Assembly: GCA_039929185.1 (NCBI GenBank)
Contig: JBDSRR010000140.1
Coordinates: forward strand, 1 to 50,696
Length of the DNA: 50,696 bases
From: Actinomycetota bacterium
GTDB taxonomy: Bacteria > Actinomycetota > CADDZG01 > JAHWKV01
Direction of reading: 5' to 3'
Numbering within the stretch: the first letter of the stretch is position 1; every line of letters begins with the position of its first letter. Shown in pieces: positions 9,234 through 17,992 of the stretch. A model generated the notes under the pieces. The model had not been told where the DNA came from. It saw nothing but the letters and a program-made list of their open reading frames with translations, and searched no databases. A program made the translations under genes and the position numbers.

Positions 9234-10102
9234 GAGCGTGGGACTTTCTCGAAACGGTGACGCAGTAAAACGGCCGCAGTGTTCATAGTAAGCAGTACGA
9301 CCAAAAGAACAACTATCCCGGCGGCAGCGGTATCGAGGAACTCTGCTTGCGGTCGAGATGTCCAGTTGAAGATCTGTATTGGTAGCGCCGTGAAACGGTC
9401 GCCCAGTGCTTTGGGAACGAAGGTTACGTATGTCAGTGCCCCCATCGCGATCAAGGGTGCAGTTTCACCGATCGCTCTTGATATAGCCAGGATCACGCCT
9501 GTCATGAAGCTCGGTAGGGCAACAGGGAGCACCTGTCGGCTGATGGTCTGCCATTTCGTTGCACCCAGCGCCAGCGCGCCTTCTCGGATCGAACTCGGTA
9601 CTGCCCTCAAGGCCTCGCGCCCTACTATGACTATCACCGGAAGAACGAGCAGCCCGAGCGTTAGACCGCCCGCCAAGACCGAGCGCCCCATCGCGAACAT
9701 GCGTACAAATAATGCCAACCCTAAAAGTCCGTAGATTATCGATGGCACTCCGGCAAGGTTGGCGATGTTTACGTCGATCAGCGTTGAAAGCCTTCCCTTC
9801 TTAGCGAATTCTTCAAGATATATGGCCGCACCTATACCAACGGGCACGGAAAACAAAGTGCAGACGCTGATGATCCACAACGTTCCGAAGATAGCCGGCC
9901 GGGCACCAGCCTTTTCTGCGAAGCGGGAGGGCAAAGATGTGAGGAATTCGATCGACAATCGAGGAATGCCCTGGCTAAGAACACTGATAACGAGCGCGGC
10001 CAACGCTGCGACACCGATGAGCACCGCCAACAGCAAGGCGCCGACGAACAAAGTCTCGCTCAGGCGTCCTTTCCTTGAACCGGCGGATAAGGCTGGTCTC
10101 AT
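9230..10102 (-). CDS. pstA: phosphate ABC transporter permease PstA
   Basis: The product is a polytopic permease with an EAA-like loop ([16 protein letters not shown]). The gene overlaps pstB and pstC by 4 nt at each end. Confidence 0.9.
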   Translation of the reverse strand: MRPALSAGSRKGRLSETLFVGALLLAVLIGVAALAALVISVLSQGIPRLSIEFLTSLPSRFAEKAGARPAIFGTLWIISVCTLFSVPVGIGAAIYLEEFAKKGRLSTLIDVNIANLAGVPSIIYGLLGLALFVRMFAMGRSVLAGGLTLGLLVLPVIVIVGREALRAVPSSIREGALALGATKWQTISRQVLPVALPSFMTGVILAISRAIGETAPLIAMGALTYVTFVPKALGDRFTALPIQIFNWTSRPQAEFLDTAAAGIVVLLVVLLTMNTAAVLLRHRFEKVPRS

Positions 10103-10992
10103 TGATATGTCTCTCGGAACTTGCGAACGATCCGGATGCTTAAAAGGTTAAGAAGAAACGTGATCGCGAACAACGTGGTGCCGACGGCGAAGATGGTCCT
10201 GTAAGCGATGCTCCCAGTGGGAGTGTCTCCAAGACTGACTTGAACGATGTATGCGGTCATCGTCTGGATACCTTCCAGGGGGTTAAAGGACATCCGCGGC
10301 TGGTTGCCAGCTGCGATCGCAACGATCATGGTCTCGCCGATAGCGCGGCTCATGGCCAGGATCACGGCAGATGCGATTCCCGACAAGGCGGCAGGAAGTA
10401 TCACGCGCAGCGCCGTTATCCGCTTCGTTGCTCCAAGTCCGTAAGCCGCTTCGCGCAAACCCTGCGGGACCGAACGCATAGCGTCTTCAGAAAGCGACGC
10501 GATCAGCGGAACTATCATCAAGCCAACTACCAAACCTGCTGATAGTGCATTAAAACGTTCGACGCCGGGAATGCCCTTTTCGAGCAGGCGGATCGTAACG
10601 AAGTTTAGGGCGAAAAATCCCAGTACTACCGTTGGAACTCCGGCGAGTACCTCAAGACACGGTTTCAGGGCGCTTCGCACTCTTTTGGGCGCGTACTCGC
10701 TCAAATACACAGCGATGGCCAGGCCAATAGGGGTTGCGAAGCCTACTGCGATCGCCGTGACCATCAAGGTTCCGTTGATCAAGGGAAGAACTCCGAATGC
10801 TGCGTTGCTGCCAAACGTTGGTGCCCAAACCGTACCTGTGAAGAATCGGAATGGGGATATCTGCTTGAAGAAAGCCAGCGTTTCCGAAGCAAGCGCCAGG
10901 ATGATGCCTGCGGTTGTGGCTACCGATATAAGCGCGCAGGCCGCGAGCAGCCCCTTGATGGCCGTTTCGTGGTGCCGACGCCGACCTCGCAA
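10099..10992 (-). CDS. pstC: phosphate ABC transporter permease PstC
   Basis: The product is a polytopic permease with AAYGLGATKRITALRVILPAA. The gene lies between pstS and pstA. Confidence 0.9.
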   Translation of the reverse strand: MRGRRRHHETAIKGLLAACALISVATTAGIILALASETLAFFKQISPFRFFTGTVWAPTFGSNAAFGVLPLINGTLMVTAIAVGFATPIGLAIAVYLSEYAPKRVRSALKPCLEVLAGVPTVVLGFFALNFVTIRLLEKGIPGVERFNALSAGLVVGLMIVPLIASLSEDAMRSVPQGLREAAYGLGATKRITALRVILPAALSGIASAVILAMSRAIGETMIVAIAAGNQPRMSFNPLEGIQTMTAYIVQVSLGDTPTGSIAYRTIFAVGTTLFAITFLLNLLSIRIVRKFRETYQ

Positions 10993-11009
10993 TGAGGTCG
11001 CTGCATCTA

Positions 11010-11966
11010 CTATTTCGAAGCTCCCACGAACGACTCGAACTCCTGCCTTTCGATCTTCAACGCGTCTTCGGCGAGTGGAGTGTAGCCGACGTCCTTGAGC
11101 AAGGCACTCACGTTTTCAAGGTAGAAATCTATGAAGGCTCTTACCTCGGGTCGGACGGTGGAGGACTTCTTAACATAAAGAAATAGCGGCCGAGATAAAG
11201 GAACATATGTTCCGGACTCCACGGTCTCGTCGCTTGGCGAAACGCAGCCAGAGCCGCCGTCGATGGCAACAAGGTTGAGTTTGTCCCGGTTCTGGGTGTA
11301 GTAAGCGAACCCGAAGTAGCCAAAGGCACCTTCGGCCCCCGCTACACCTTGGACCAACGTGTTGTCGTTTGTGTTTGGGCTGTAGTCGGTGCGGCTCGCA
11401 CCCTCTTCACCATTGATCTCGTTCGTGAAATAGTCGAAAGTCCCTGAATCGGTGTCGGGCCCAAAAAGAGTTAGAGGTTTGTCGGGGAAACCCGCCTTGA
11501 CGTCTTTCCAGTTCGAGATCTTCGATGACGGTTCCCATATCTTTTTCAACTCAGCAGTAGTGAGGCATTTGGCCCAGGTGTTCTGCTTGTTGACAACAAC
11601 TGCCAGGCCGTCCTTGGCGATCGATAGCTCGACGTATTCGATAGCGTTTGCGGCGCATGCCTGCTTTTCAGTGTCCTTGATGGGGCGAGATGCGTCTTGT
11701 ACGTCGGTTTCGTCGTTACAGAACTTCTTGAACCCTCCGCCGGTTCCGGCTTCTCCTACGGTTACCTGAACTGCGGGGTGTGCCCTTTGGAACTCCTCGG
11801 CGACAGCCTCGGATATCGGAAAGACCGTTGAGGATCCGTCGCCAGAGATAGTGCCGCTCAATCTTGATCCATCGGATTTCTGCCCCCCACCCCCGCATGC
11901 GGCAGTACTTACGGCCAACGTCAACAGGATGCCAACTGTCTTGATCAAGTGTTGCCTCCTTTTCAT
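11010..11966 (-). CDS. pstS: phosphate-binding lipoprotein PstS
   Basis: The N-terminus MKRRQHLIKTVGILLTLAVSTAACGGG has a lipobox-like TAAC, followed by the PstS core GSSTVFPISEAVAEEF. An alternative start is TTG 11948, preceded by AGGAGG with a 6-nt spacer. The track extension to 12116 is rejected because it crosses the divergent promoter and regulator gene. Confidence 0.9.
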   Translation of the reverse strand: MKRRQHLIKTVGILLTLAVSTAACGGGGQKSDGSRLSGTISGDGSSTVFPISEAVAEEFQRAHPAVQVTVGEAGTGGGFKKFCNDETDVQDASRPIKDTEKQACAANAIEYVELSIAKDGLAVVVNKQNTWAKCLTTAELKKIWEPSSKISNWKDVKAGFPDKPLTLFGPDTDSGTFDYFTNEINGEEGASRTDYSPNTNDNTLVQGVAGAEGAFGYFGFAYYTQNRDKLNLVAIDGGSGCVSPSDETVESGTYVPLSRPLFLYVKKSSTVRPEVRAFIDFYLENVSALLKDVGYTPLAEDALKIERQEFESFVGASK

Positions 11967-11996
11967 TTGTTTGAACAGTAGCCGTGATGGAGGCTG

Positions 11997-12029
11997 ATAT
12001 GGTGTCCTCAAACTGAACTTTGCGTGAAC
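11997..12029 (-). promoter_or_regulatory. PHO-box-like array of three 11-nt direct repeat units upstream of pstS
   Basis: On the minus strand the array reads GTTCACGCAAA | GTTCAGTTTGA | GGACACCATAT. The 11-nt phasing and GTTCA core resemble the actinobacterial PhoP direct-repeat unit GTTCACC. The array lies in the 78-bp divergent spacer between pstS and the PhoP-like regulator. A TANNNT-type hexamer TACTGT (plus-strand 11975-11980) sits 8 nt before ATG 11966. Confidence 0.4.
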
Positions 12030-12044
12030 TCCTGGAAGGTTGTC

Positions 12045-12749
12045 ATGACTAAGATTCTCGTGGTCGAGGACGATCCCACGATGGCGGAGATGCTCTGTTA
12101 CAACTTGCGTCGACACGGGTTTGCTGTCGAAACTACATCCGATGGCACCTTGGGCCTGAAGAAGGCGAGGTCCGCAGACATCACACTAATAGTCCTGGAC
12201 CTGATGCTTCCTGGACTCGATGGCATGCAGATCAGCCAGGAACTGAGACGCAGTCGACCCGATGTTGCCATCTTGATGCTGACTGCCAAAGGTGACGAAA
12301 AGATCAAGCTGCAAGGGTTCGCAGCAGGTATCGACGACTTTCTGCCCAAGCCATTCTCGATGGATGAATTGATCGCACGCGTAAAGGCGTTATTGCGCAG
12401 ATCACGAGCCGAGGCAATCCGTCTAGACGCGCCGGACGAATTGATATTCGGTGATCTAAGGATCGTTCCACGCGACCTTCTTGCTTGGGTGGCCGAGCAA
12501 GAAGTGATTTTGCGCCTAAAGGAGTTCACCCTGCTCGTCACGCTCGCCCTTGAGCCCGGTCGCCTATTGTCGAGGCAGGACATCGCGGAGAAGGTCTGGG
12601 GCTACGGGGCAATGACCGATACCCGCACCATCGACACGCACGTCAAGAATCTACGGCGCAAGATAGAAACCCCATCCTCATTCATGTACATCGAAACTGT
12701 GAGAGGCGTTGGCTATCGCTTTCGCGTCCGACCAAAACGCGTCGCGTGA
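12045..12749 (+). CDS. OmpR/PhoB-family response regulator (PhoP/RegX3-like)
   Basis: The receiver domain starts MTKILVVEDD and includes LDLMLPGLDG. The C-terminal winged helix ends IETVRGVGYRF. The gene is divergent from pstS. Confidence 0.9.
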   Translation: MTKILVVEDDPTMAEMLCYNLRRHGFAVETTSDGTLGLKKARSADITLIVLDLMLPGLDGMQISQELRRSRPDVAILMLTAKGDEKIKLQGFAAGIDDFLPKPFSMDELIARVKALLRRSRAEAIRLDAPDELIFGDLRIVPRDLLAWVAEQEVILRLKEFTLLVTLALEPGRLLSRQDIAEKVWGYGAMTDTRTIDTHVKNLRRKIETPSSFMYIETVRGVGYRFRVRPKRVA

Positions 12750-13945
12750 TTCGGCGGAGTCTGTTCTCACGTCCTTTCTCAACATATCTGTTGGCTGTGT
12801 TGGGAGGAGCTGCAGTGTTGGCGATCGTCGTCGATGGGCAGTTAGAAAGATGGGCCGTGGGAGTTCTAGCCGCCTTGCTGGTGATTGCTACAGGCATCCT
12901 TGCCCGGGGAATTTCTGGCCCTCAAAGAGCTGAAAGTGCTGCGCTAGTTGAGGATGCCGATCGTCCGTTCGATCAGTTGCAACTTGAGACCGACCTTCGT
13001 GAACAGATCCTCGAAGCTCTCGATGACGGGATATTGCTGGCTGATAGCTCGTTTCGCATCCTTTATTCGAATTCCGCTGCAGCCACGTTACTTGGAAGTG
13101 ACGTGATCGAGGATCTACCGGATCAACTCCGAGAGGCAGATCAAGGTGTTGAGTTCACCCTGCACTATCCGAAGCGAAGGGAACTTCGAGCTGTTTCGAG
13201 CAAGCTGAGAGATGGCAGACGACTAGCGGTCGTGAGGGACGTTACTGAGGCAAGGCAACTCGACAAGATCCGTACCGATTTCGTCTCGAATGCATCGCAC
13301 GAACTAAAAACGCCCGTTGCGGCGATCTTGGCAACCGCAGAAACTCTTTCATCCGCCGCCCGCGATGACGTTGGCAACGTTGCTCGTTTTTCGGATTCGC
13401 TAGTTTCCGAGGCGACTCGTTTGGCTCAATTAGTTGAAGATCTCCTGCACCTTGCCAAGCTTGAGGGAGGCGGCCCGGCTTCGGATCCTGTCCGGCTGGA
13501 TCAGGTCGTGAGTGACGAGCTAGTCGTGTTTCGTCATCTAATGGAACAAAGAGGACTTGAGATGCAGCTCGATCTCGAACCGACGCTGACGCGCGGCGAT
13601 AAAGAGTCTTTGGCGCTGCTTGTTCGCAATCTCTTAGAAAATGCGATCCGTTATACCAACCATGGATCTGTCGCTGTGCGGGTGCTAAATGCCGACGGAG
13701 ATGCTGTGCTTGAAGTACAGGACACGGGGATCGGGATACCAACCGACGCTAGGGATCGTATATTCGAGCGTTTCTATCGGGTCGACAGCACGAGAAGTCG
13801 AGCCACCGGGGGCACTGGACTTGGACTGTCTATCGTGAAGCATGTCGTTGAAACCCATGGAGGGAACATCAGTGTTGTGAGCGAGCTTGGCAGTGGTTCG
13901 ACCTTCACTGTTCGATTGCGCGGCGAAAATGGCGTAAGTGGTTGA
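12746..13945 (+). CDS. sensor histidine kinase (PhoR/SenX3-like)
   Basis: The start forms a GTGA overlap with the regulator stop. There are N-terminal TM helices, an H-box FVSNASHELKTPVAAI, an N-box LLENAIRYT, G1 DTGIGIP and G2 GGTGLGLSIV. Confidence 0.9.
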   Translation: MIRRSLFSRPFSTYLLAVLGGAAVLAIVVDGQLERWAVGVLAALLVIATGILARGISGPQRAESAALVEDADRPFDQLQLETDLREQILEALDDGILLADSSFRILYSNSAAATLLGSDVIEDLPDQLREADQGVEFTLHYPKRRELRAVSSKLRDGRRLAVVRDVTEARQLDKIRTDFVSNASHELKTPVAAILATAETLSSAARDDVGNVARFSDSLVSEATRLAQLVEDLLHLAKLEGGGPASDPVRLDQVVSDELVVFRHLMEQRGLEMQLDLEPTLTRGDKESLALLVRNLLENAIRYTNHGSVAVRVLNADGDAVLEVQDTGIGIPTDARDRIFERFYRVDSTRSRATGGTGLGLSIVKHVVETHGGNISVVSELGSGSTFTVRLRGENGVSG

Positions 13946-13956
13946 GAATTGACCAA

Positions 13957-14772
13957 ATGCCTGAAGCTAAGCTCGCCGCACTGCGGTTAAGTCTTGCCAA
14001 ATTGCCTGGTGCGATCGTGGCTTATTCAGGCGGCGCGGACAGCGCTTTCCTGGCTGAAGTCGCCCATGAGGTTTTGCAGGAGCGCTGCCTCGCAGTGACG
14101 GCCGATTCCGCATCGCTTCCTCGCTCTGAATTGCATGAGGCGATTCAACTGGCAGTGGACCGAGGCTGGCGTCACGAGATGGTGGCAACAGATGAGTTGA
14201 ATGATGAACGCTATGCGGCTAACCCGACCAATCGCTGCTATTTCTGTAAGAGCGCTCTTTTTGATCGACTTGAAGACATGAGCCTTCGCCTGGGCTGGCC
14301 GGTACTGCTGGGCACCAATAGCGACGATCTTAGCGATTGGCGTCCAGGCCAGAAGGCATCGCAAGAGCGAGGGGGTCTACATCCGATGGTGGACGCGGGG
14401 TTGACGAAAGATGAGATCCGCAGCCTCTCTAAGGAAATGGGACTCGTCACCGCCGACAAACCAGCATCAGCCTGCCTTGCCAGTCGATTTGCATATGGGG
14501 TAAGGGTTACTTCAGCGGGCCTCGAACGCATCGAACGCGCCGAGGCCTGGATGCACTCGCAGAACTATCCGATCGTTCGCATCCGCGATCTGGGCAAAGA
14601 TCGCGCTCGCGTGGAAGTCGACCCGAAAGATGTGGCCCGCGCATCGAACCAGTCAAACGAGATCGAACGTCAACTGCTTGCTCTCGGATTTTGTGAGGTG
14701 ATGGTCGATCCTGTGGGCTATCGGCAGGGAGCATTGAATGAGGTGCTGATCCCGCTGGGCGTGTCTCGATGA
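13957..14772 (+). CDS. LarE-like PP-loop ATP-dependent sulfur transferase (TIGR00268-type)
   Basis: The PP-loop AYSGGADSAFLA is present, along with CYFCK and ASACLASRF. I prefer ATG 13957 (MPEAKLAALR), with TTG 13942 (TTGA overlap with the kinase stop) as an alternative. Confidence 0.8.
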   Translation: MPEAKLAALRLSLAKLPGAIVAYSGGADSAFLAEVAHEVLQERCLAVTADSASLPRSELHEAIQLAVDRGWRHEMVATDELNDERYAANPTNRCYFCKSALFDRLEDMSLRLGWPVLLGTNSDDLSDWRPGQKASQERGGLHPMVDAGLTKDEIRSLSKEMGLVTADKPASACLASRFAYGVRVTSAGLERIERAEAWMHSQNYPIVRIRDLGKDRARVEVDPKDVARASNQSNEIERQLLALGFCEVMVDPVGYRQGALNEVLIPLGVSR

Positions 14773-15758
14773 ATCTCGTCGACGTCCTCTTCATCCTTTT
14801 CATCGGCTTCTATTCCTATCGGGGTTTTCATCGGGGCTTCGTGCGCGAGGGGCTGGATCTGATGGGTTTCGGGCTCGGCATCGCTGCGGCATTGCGTCTG
14901 TACCCTTTGTTTGCGAAACCTCTGATATTCATCGGCATTGGTGCCGCACCGGCCAAAGTCGCCGCAGGGATACTGATCTTCGTGGCATTCGTCGCAGCTG
15001 CTGGTCTGTTGGCCGCTCGTGTCGAGAGGATCTTCGGCAATCATCTGCGTTCCAAGCCGCTTAAGGTAAGCGGGGCGGCGTTCGCGTCCTCGTGGTCGAC
15101 GCTGTTCGCGGTTTTTCTCATGATCGTCGTTACGGTCATTCCATCGCCGCGTGGCGTGCAATCGCAGGTTCGCGACTCCTTCGTTGGTGGCACCGTCCTT
15201 ACCTCAGACTCGCGCGTATACCCGCTGCTCGAGGACTACGCGAAGAACGACGCGCGTAACCTGCTCTTTTATGTCCGGCAATTCTTTACTCAGTTAGATC
15301 CCCAGCCGACAACGCGATCCGACGGTGGCGAGGATGAGTACTTCGAGATCCAGGCTTCGAATGACATCGCTCTTGACCTTGGGGCAGAGAAGGCGATCCT
15401 AGATCTGGTCAACAAAGAGCGAGCCGAGCGCGGGTTGGGGGTTCTTAAAGCCCACGAACCTATACGGCGCGTTGCGCGTAGCCATTCGGCGGACATGTAT
15501 CAGCGTGGCTACTTCGCCCATAACAACCCCGATGGCAAGGACCCATTCGACCGGATGGCAGTTGGCGGCGTCACCTTTAGTTTTGCGGGAGAAAATCTTG
15601 CCCTAGCCCCGACCATCACCTTGGTGCATCAGGGTCTTATGAATTCTCCTAAACACAAGGCGAACATCCTGAAACCCGAGTTTACGGACTTGGGCATCGG
15701 TATCTACAAGGGGCCCTATGGGTTGATGGTCACCCAGAACTTCTGTGCAGGCTGCTAG
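14769..15758 (+). CDS. CvpA-family membrane domain fused to a C-terminal CAP/SCP (YkwD-like) domain
   Basis: The start forms an ATGA overlap with the upstream stop. The N-terminus MNLVDVLFILFIGFYSYRGFHRGFVRE plus 4 TM helices is CvpA-like. The C-terminus has YFAHNNPDG, GENLA and GLMNSPKHKANIL, which is CAP-like. Confidence 0.75.
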   Translation: MNLVDVLFILFIGFYSYRGFHRGFVREGLDLMGFGLGIAAALRLYPLFAKPLIFIGIGAAPAKVAAGILIFVAFVAAAGLLAARVERIFGNHLRSKPLKVSGAAFASSWSTLFAVFLMIVVTVIPSPRGVQSQVRDSFVGGTVLTSDSRVYPLLEDYAKNDARNLLFYVRQFFTQLDPQPTTRSDGGEDEYFEIQASNDIALDLGAEKAILDLVNKERAERGLGVLKAHEPIRRVARSHSADMYQRGYFAHNNPDGKDPFDRMAVGGVTFSFAGENLALAPTITLVHQGLMNSPKHKANILKPEFTDLGIGIYKGPYGLMVTQNFCAGC

Positions 15759-15782
15759 TTACCTTGTAGACTCCTTAGCGAT

Positions 15783-16595
15783 ATGACCCTGTTTATGGAT
15801 CGCCATGAAAAACTAGAGGGCGTTACTGCCGAGGACATAGCGGCTGCTCATCTGAGCGACGTTGCGGTTCAGGATAAATACGGCGTGAAGTACATCACGT
15901 ATTGGTTCGACTCCGACTCTGAGTCGGCATTCTGTTTGGTCGATGCCCCAAGTAAGGAAGCGGCGGAAGCCGTGCATAAGGAGGCTCACGGTCTTGTTGC
16001 GAGTCGCATCATCGAGGTCGATCCTCGAAGAGTGGAAGACTTCCTTGGCCGCATCGAGGAGCCTCACCCCGGGGAGCCGATCGCAAACAGTGGCTTACGA
16101 GCGATCCTGTTTACTGACATGGTCGATTCTACGAGCATCACCCAGCAGCTTGGAGATGAAAAGTCGATGGAGGTCCTGCGAGCGCACAACTCGATCGTCC
16201 GCGCGGCCTTGGAAAAGACCGGTGGCCGCGAGATCAAGCATACGGGTGACGGCATCATGGCCTGCTTCAACTCGGTCGTAGGTGCGGCTCAATGTTCGGT
16301 TCATATTCAGAAGGGGTTCGAGGACTACTCCAATGATGGATCGTTTCCCATAAGCGTCCGAGTAGGCCTAACAGCTGGCGAGCCGGTGACCGAGAACGAC
16401 GATCTGTTCGGAGCATCGGTTCAACTTGCCGCTCGGATCTGCAATGCGAGCGACCCCGGTGACATCCTTGGTTCAAATGTGGTGCGGGAGTTGTCCTTGG
16501 GTAAGGATCTGGTTTGGAAGGACCGAGGAGCAACTCCCCTCAAAGGCTTCGATGAACCCGTTAGCTTGCACGAACTCGTTTGGCGAGCCAACTGA
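15783..16595 (+). CDS. DUF4242 (SCO4226-like) domain fused to a class III nucleotide cyclase domain
   Basis: The N-terminal ~85 aa (MTLFMDRHE...GVKYITYWFDSDSESAFCLVDAPSKEAAEAVHKEAHG) are DUF4242-like. The cyclase part reads LRAILFTDMVDST, IKHTGDGIMACF and FGASVQLAARI. Confidence 0.8.
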   Translation: MTLFMDRHEKLEGVTAEDIAAAHLSDVAVQDKYGVKYITYWFDSDSESAFCLVDAPSKEAAEAVHKEAHGLVASRIIEVDPRRVEDFLGRIEEPHPGEPIANSGLRAILFTDMVDSTSITQQLGDEKSMEVLRAHNSIVRAALEKTGGREIKHTGDGIMACFNSVVGAAQCSVHIQKGFEDYSNDGSFPISVRVGLTAGEPVTENDDLFGASVQLAARICNASDPGDILGSNVVRELSLGKDLVWKDRGATPLKGFDEPVSLHELVWRAN

Positions 16596-16611
16596 GGACG
16601 GAAGCATAAGG

Positions 16612-17988
16612 TTGCAGATTTATGACAACTTGCTTGCGCTGGTCGGTAATACGCCTTTAGTTGGTCTTGATCGGATCGGCCAGGGACTGCCCGGCCGTAT
16701 CGTTGCGAAGATGGAGATGTTGAACCCTGGGGGCAGCGTCAAAGATCGCATCGGTGAAGCCATGATCGAGGCAGCAGAACAGGCGGGAACTCTGAAACCG
16801 GGGGGAGTCATAGTAGAGCCGACAAGCGGAAATACGGGTGTCGGGTTGGTCATCGCTGCTGCTCGGAAGGGGTATCGCTGCATCTTCGTGATGCCGGACA
16901 AGATGAGTCAGGAAAAGATCAGCCTGCTGCGTGCGTATGGAGCCGAAGTGATCGTCTGCCCCACCGATGTTGCGCCCGATTCGCCGCGTTCTTATTACAG
17001 CGTGGCGAATCGATTGGCTGCGGATGTTCCCGGAGCGGTTCAACCGAATCAGTATTACAACCAGGCCAACCCCGAGGCTCACTATCGTTCAACTGGGCCC
17101 GAGATATGGAAACAGACCGACGGTCAAGTCACAGCATTCGTTGCTGGCGTTGGAACCGGCGGCACGATCAGCGGTGTGGGGCGTTATCTGAAAGAGCAGA
17201 ACCCGGATGTGCTTATCGTGGGGGCCGACCCTGAGGGTTCGATCTATACATCGCCCGAGGACATCCATCCCTACCTGACTGAAGGTATCGGCGAAGACTT
17301 CTGGCCAGGAACATTCGACCCTGGGGTAGTAGATCGGTGGGAGAAGGTTTCCGATCGCGACGCGTTCGCTATGACCAGGCGGATCACTCGTGAGGAGGGC
17401 ATCTTGGTGGGTGGATCTTGCGGAACTGCGGTGGTTGCGGCCCATCGAGTTGCAAGTGACTTGCCTAAGGGTTCTTTGGTGGTTGTCCTTCTTCCCGATG
17501 GTGGCCGTTCTTATCTATCCAAGGTCTACAACGACGACTGGATGGCTCAGAACGGGTTCCTGGAACGCCCAGCCGCAGAAGCGCGCGTCAGGGACATATT
17601 GAAAACCAAGTCAACGGAGTTGCCTGGTGTGGTGCATGTTCACCCTCATGAACACGTGGGCGCAGTCATCGACATCCTGCGCGAGTTCGGTGTTTCGCAA
17701 GTTCCCGTATTGCGTACCGACGACGTTGCGTCACCGGGCGAGATAATCGGGTCGATACGTGAACGGGACCTGTTGGAAGTTGTGCTCAATCAGCACGATG
17801 CATTCGAGAAGCAAGTAGCTGAGGTGATGCAGCCCCCCATGCCGATGGCTGACATAGGTGACGAGGTCGAATCGTTGGTCGCTATCTTTGGCTCTGGTGC
17901 TCCGGCGATCGTTGTGATCGAGTCTGGCAAGCCCGTTGGAGTTATCACACGCTCTGACCTCCTAACGTTTTTCTCGCAAAGGAATTAG
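16612..17988 (+). CDS. cbs: cystathionine beta-synthase (PLP domain plus C-terminal CBS/Bateman pair)
   Basis: I chose TTG 16612, which is 16 nt after the upstream stop; the track start at 16426 overlaps the cyclase gene. MEMLNPGGSVKDR and PTSGNTG are present, plus two CBS motifs at the C-terminus. Confidence 0.9.
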   Translation: MQIYDNLLALVGNTPLVGLDRIGQGLPGRIVAKMEMLNPGGSVKDRIGEAMIEAAEQAGTLKPGGVIVEPTSGNTGVGLVIAAARKGYRCIFVMPDKMSQEKISLLRAYGAEVIVCPTDVAPDSPRSYYSVANRLAADVPGAVQPNQYYNQANPEAHYRSTGPEIWKQTDGQVTAFVAGVGTGGTISGVGRYLKEQNPDVLIVGADPEGSIYTSPEDIHPYLTEGIGEDFWPGTFDPGVVDRWEKVSDRDAFAMTRRITREEGILVGGSCGTAVVAAHRVASDLPKGSLVVVLLPDGGRSYLSKVYNDDWMAQNGFLERPAAEARVRDILKTKSTELPGVVHVHPHEHVGAVIDILREFGVSQVPVLRTDDVASPGEIIGSIRERDLLEVVLNQHDAFEKQVAEVMQPPMPMADIGDEVESLVAIFGSGAPAIVVIESGKPVGVITRSDLLTFFSQRN

Positions 17989-17992
17989 GCAG

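Noticed and set aside
11967-12116. The track gives an upstream extension to the pstS ORF.
   Set aside because: The extension would run through the divergent promoter and the regulator's start. The lipoprotein signal peptide begins at 11966 or 11948.
16426-16611. The track gives an upstream extension to the cystathionine beta-synthase ORF.
   Set aside because: The extension overlaps the last 170 nt of the cyclase gene and has no similarity to CBS N-termini. TTG 16612 gives the expected start (LQIYDNLLALVGNTPLV).
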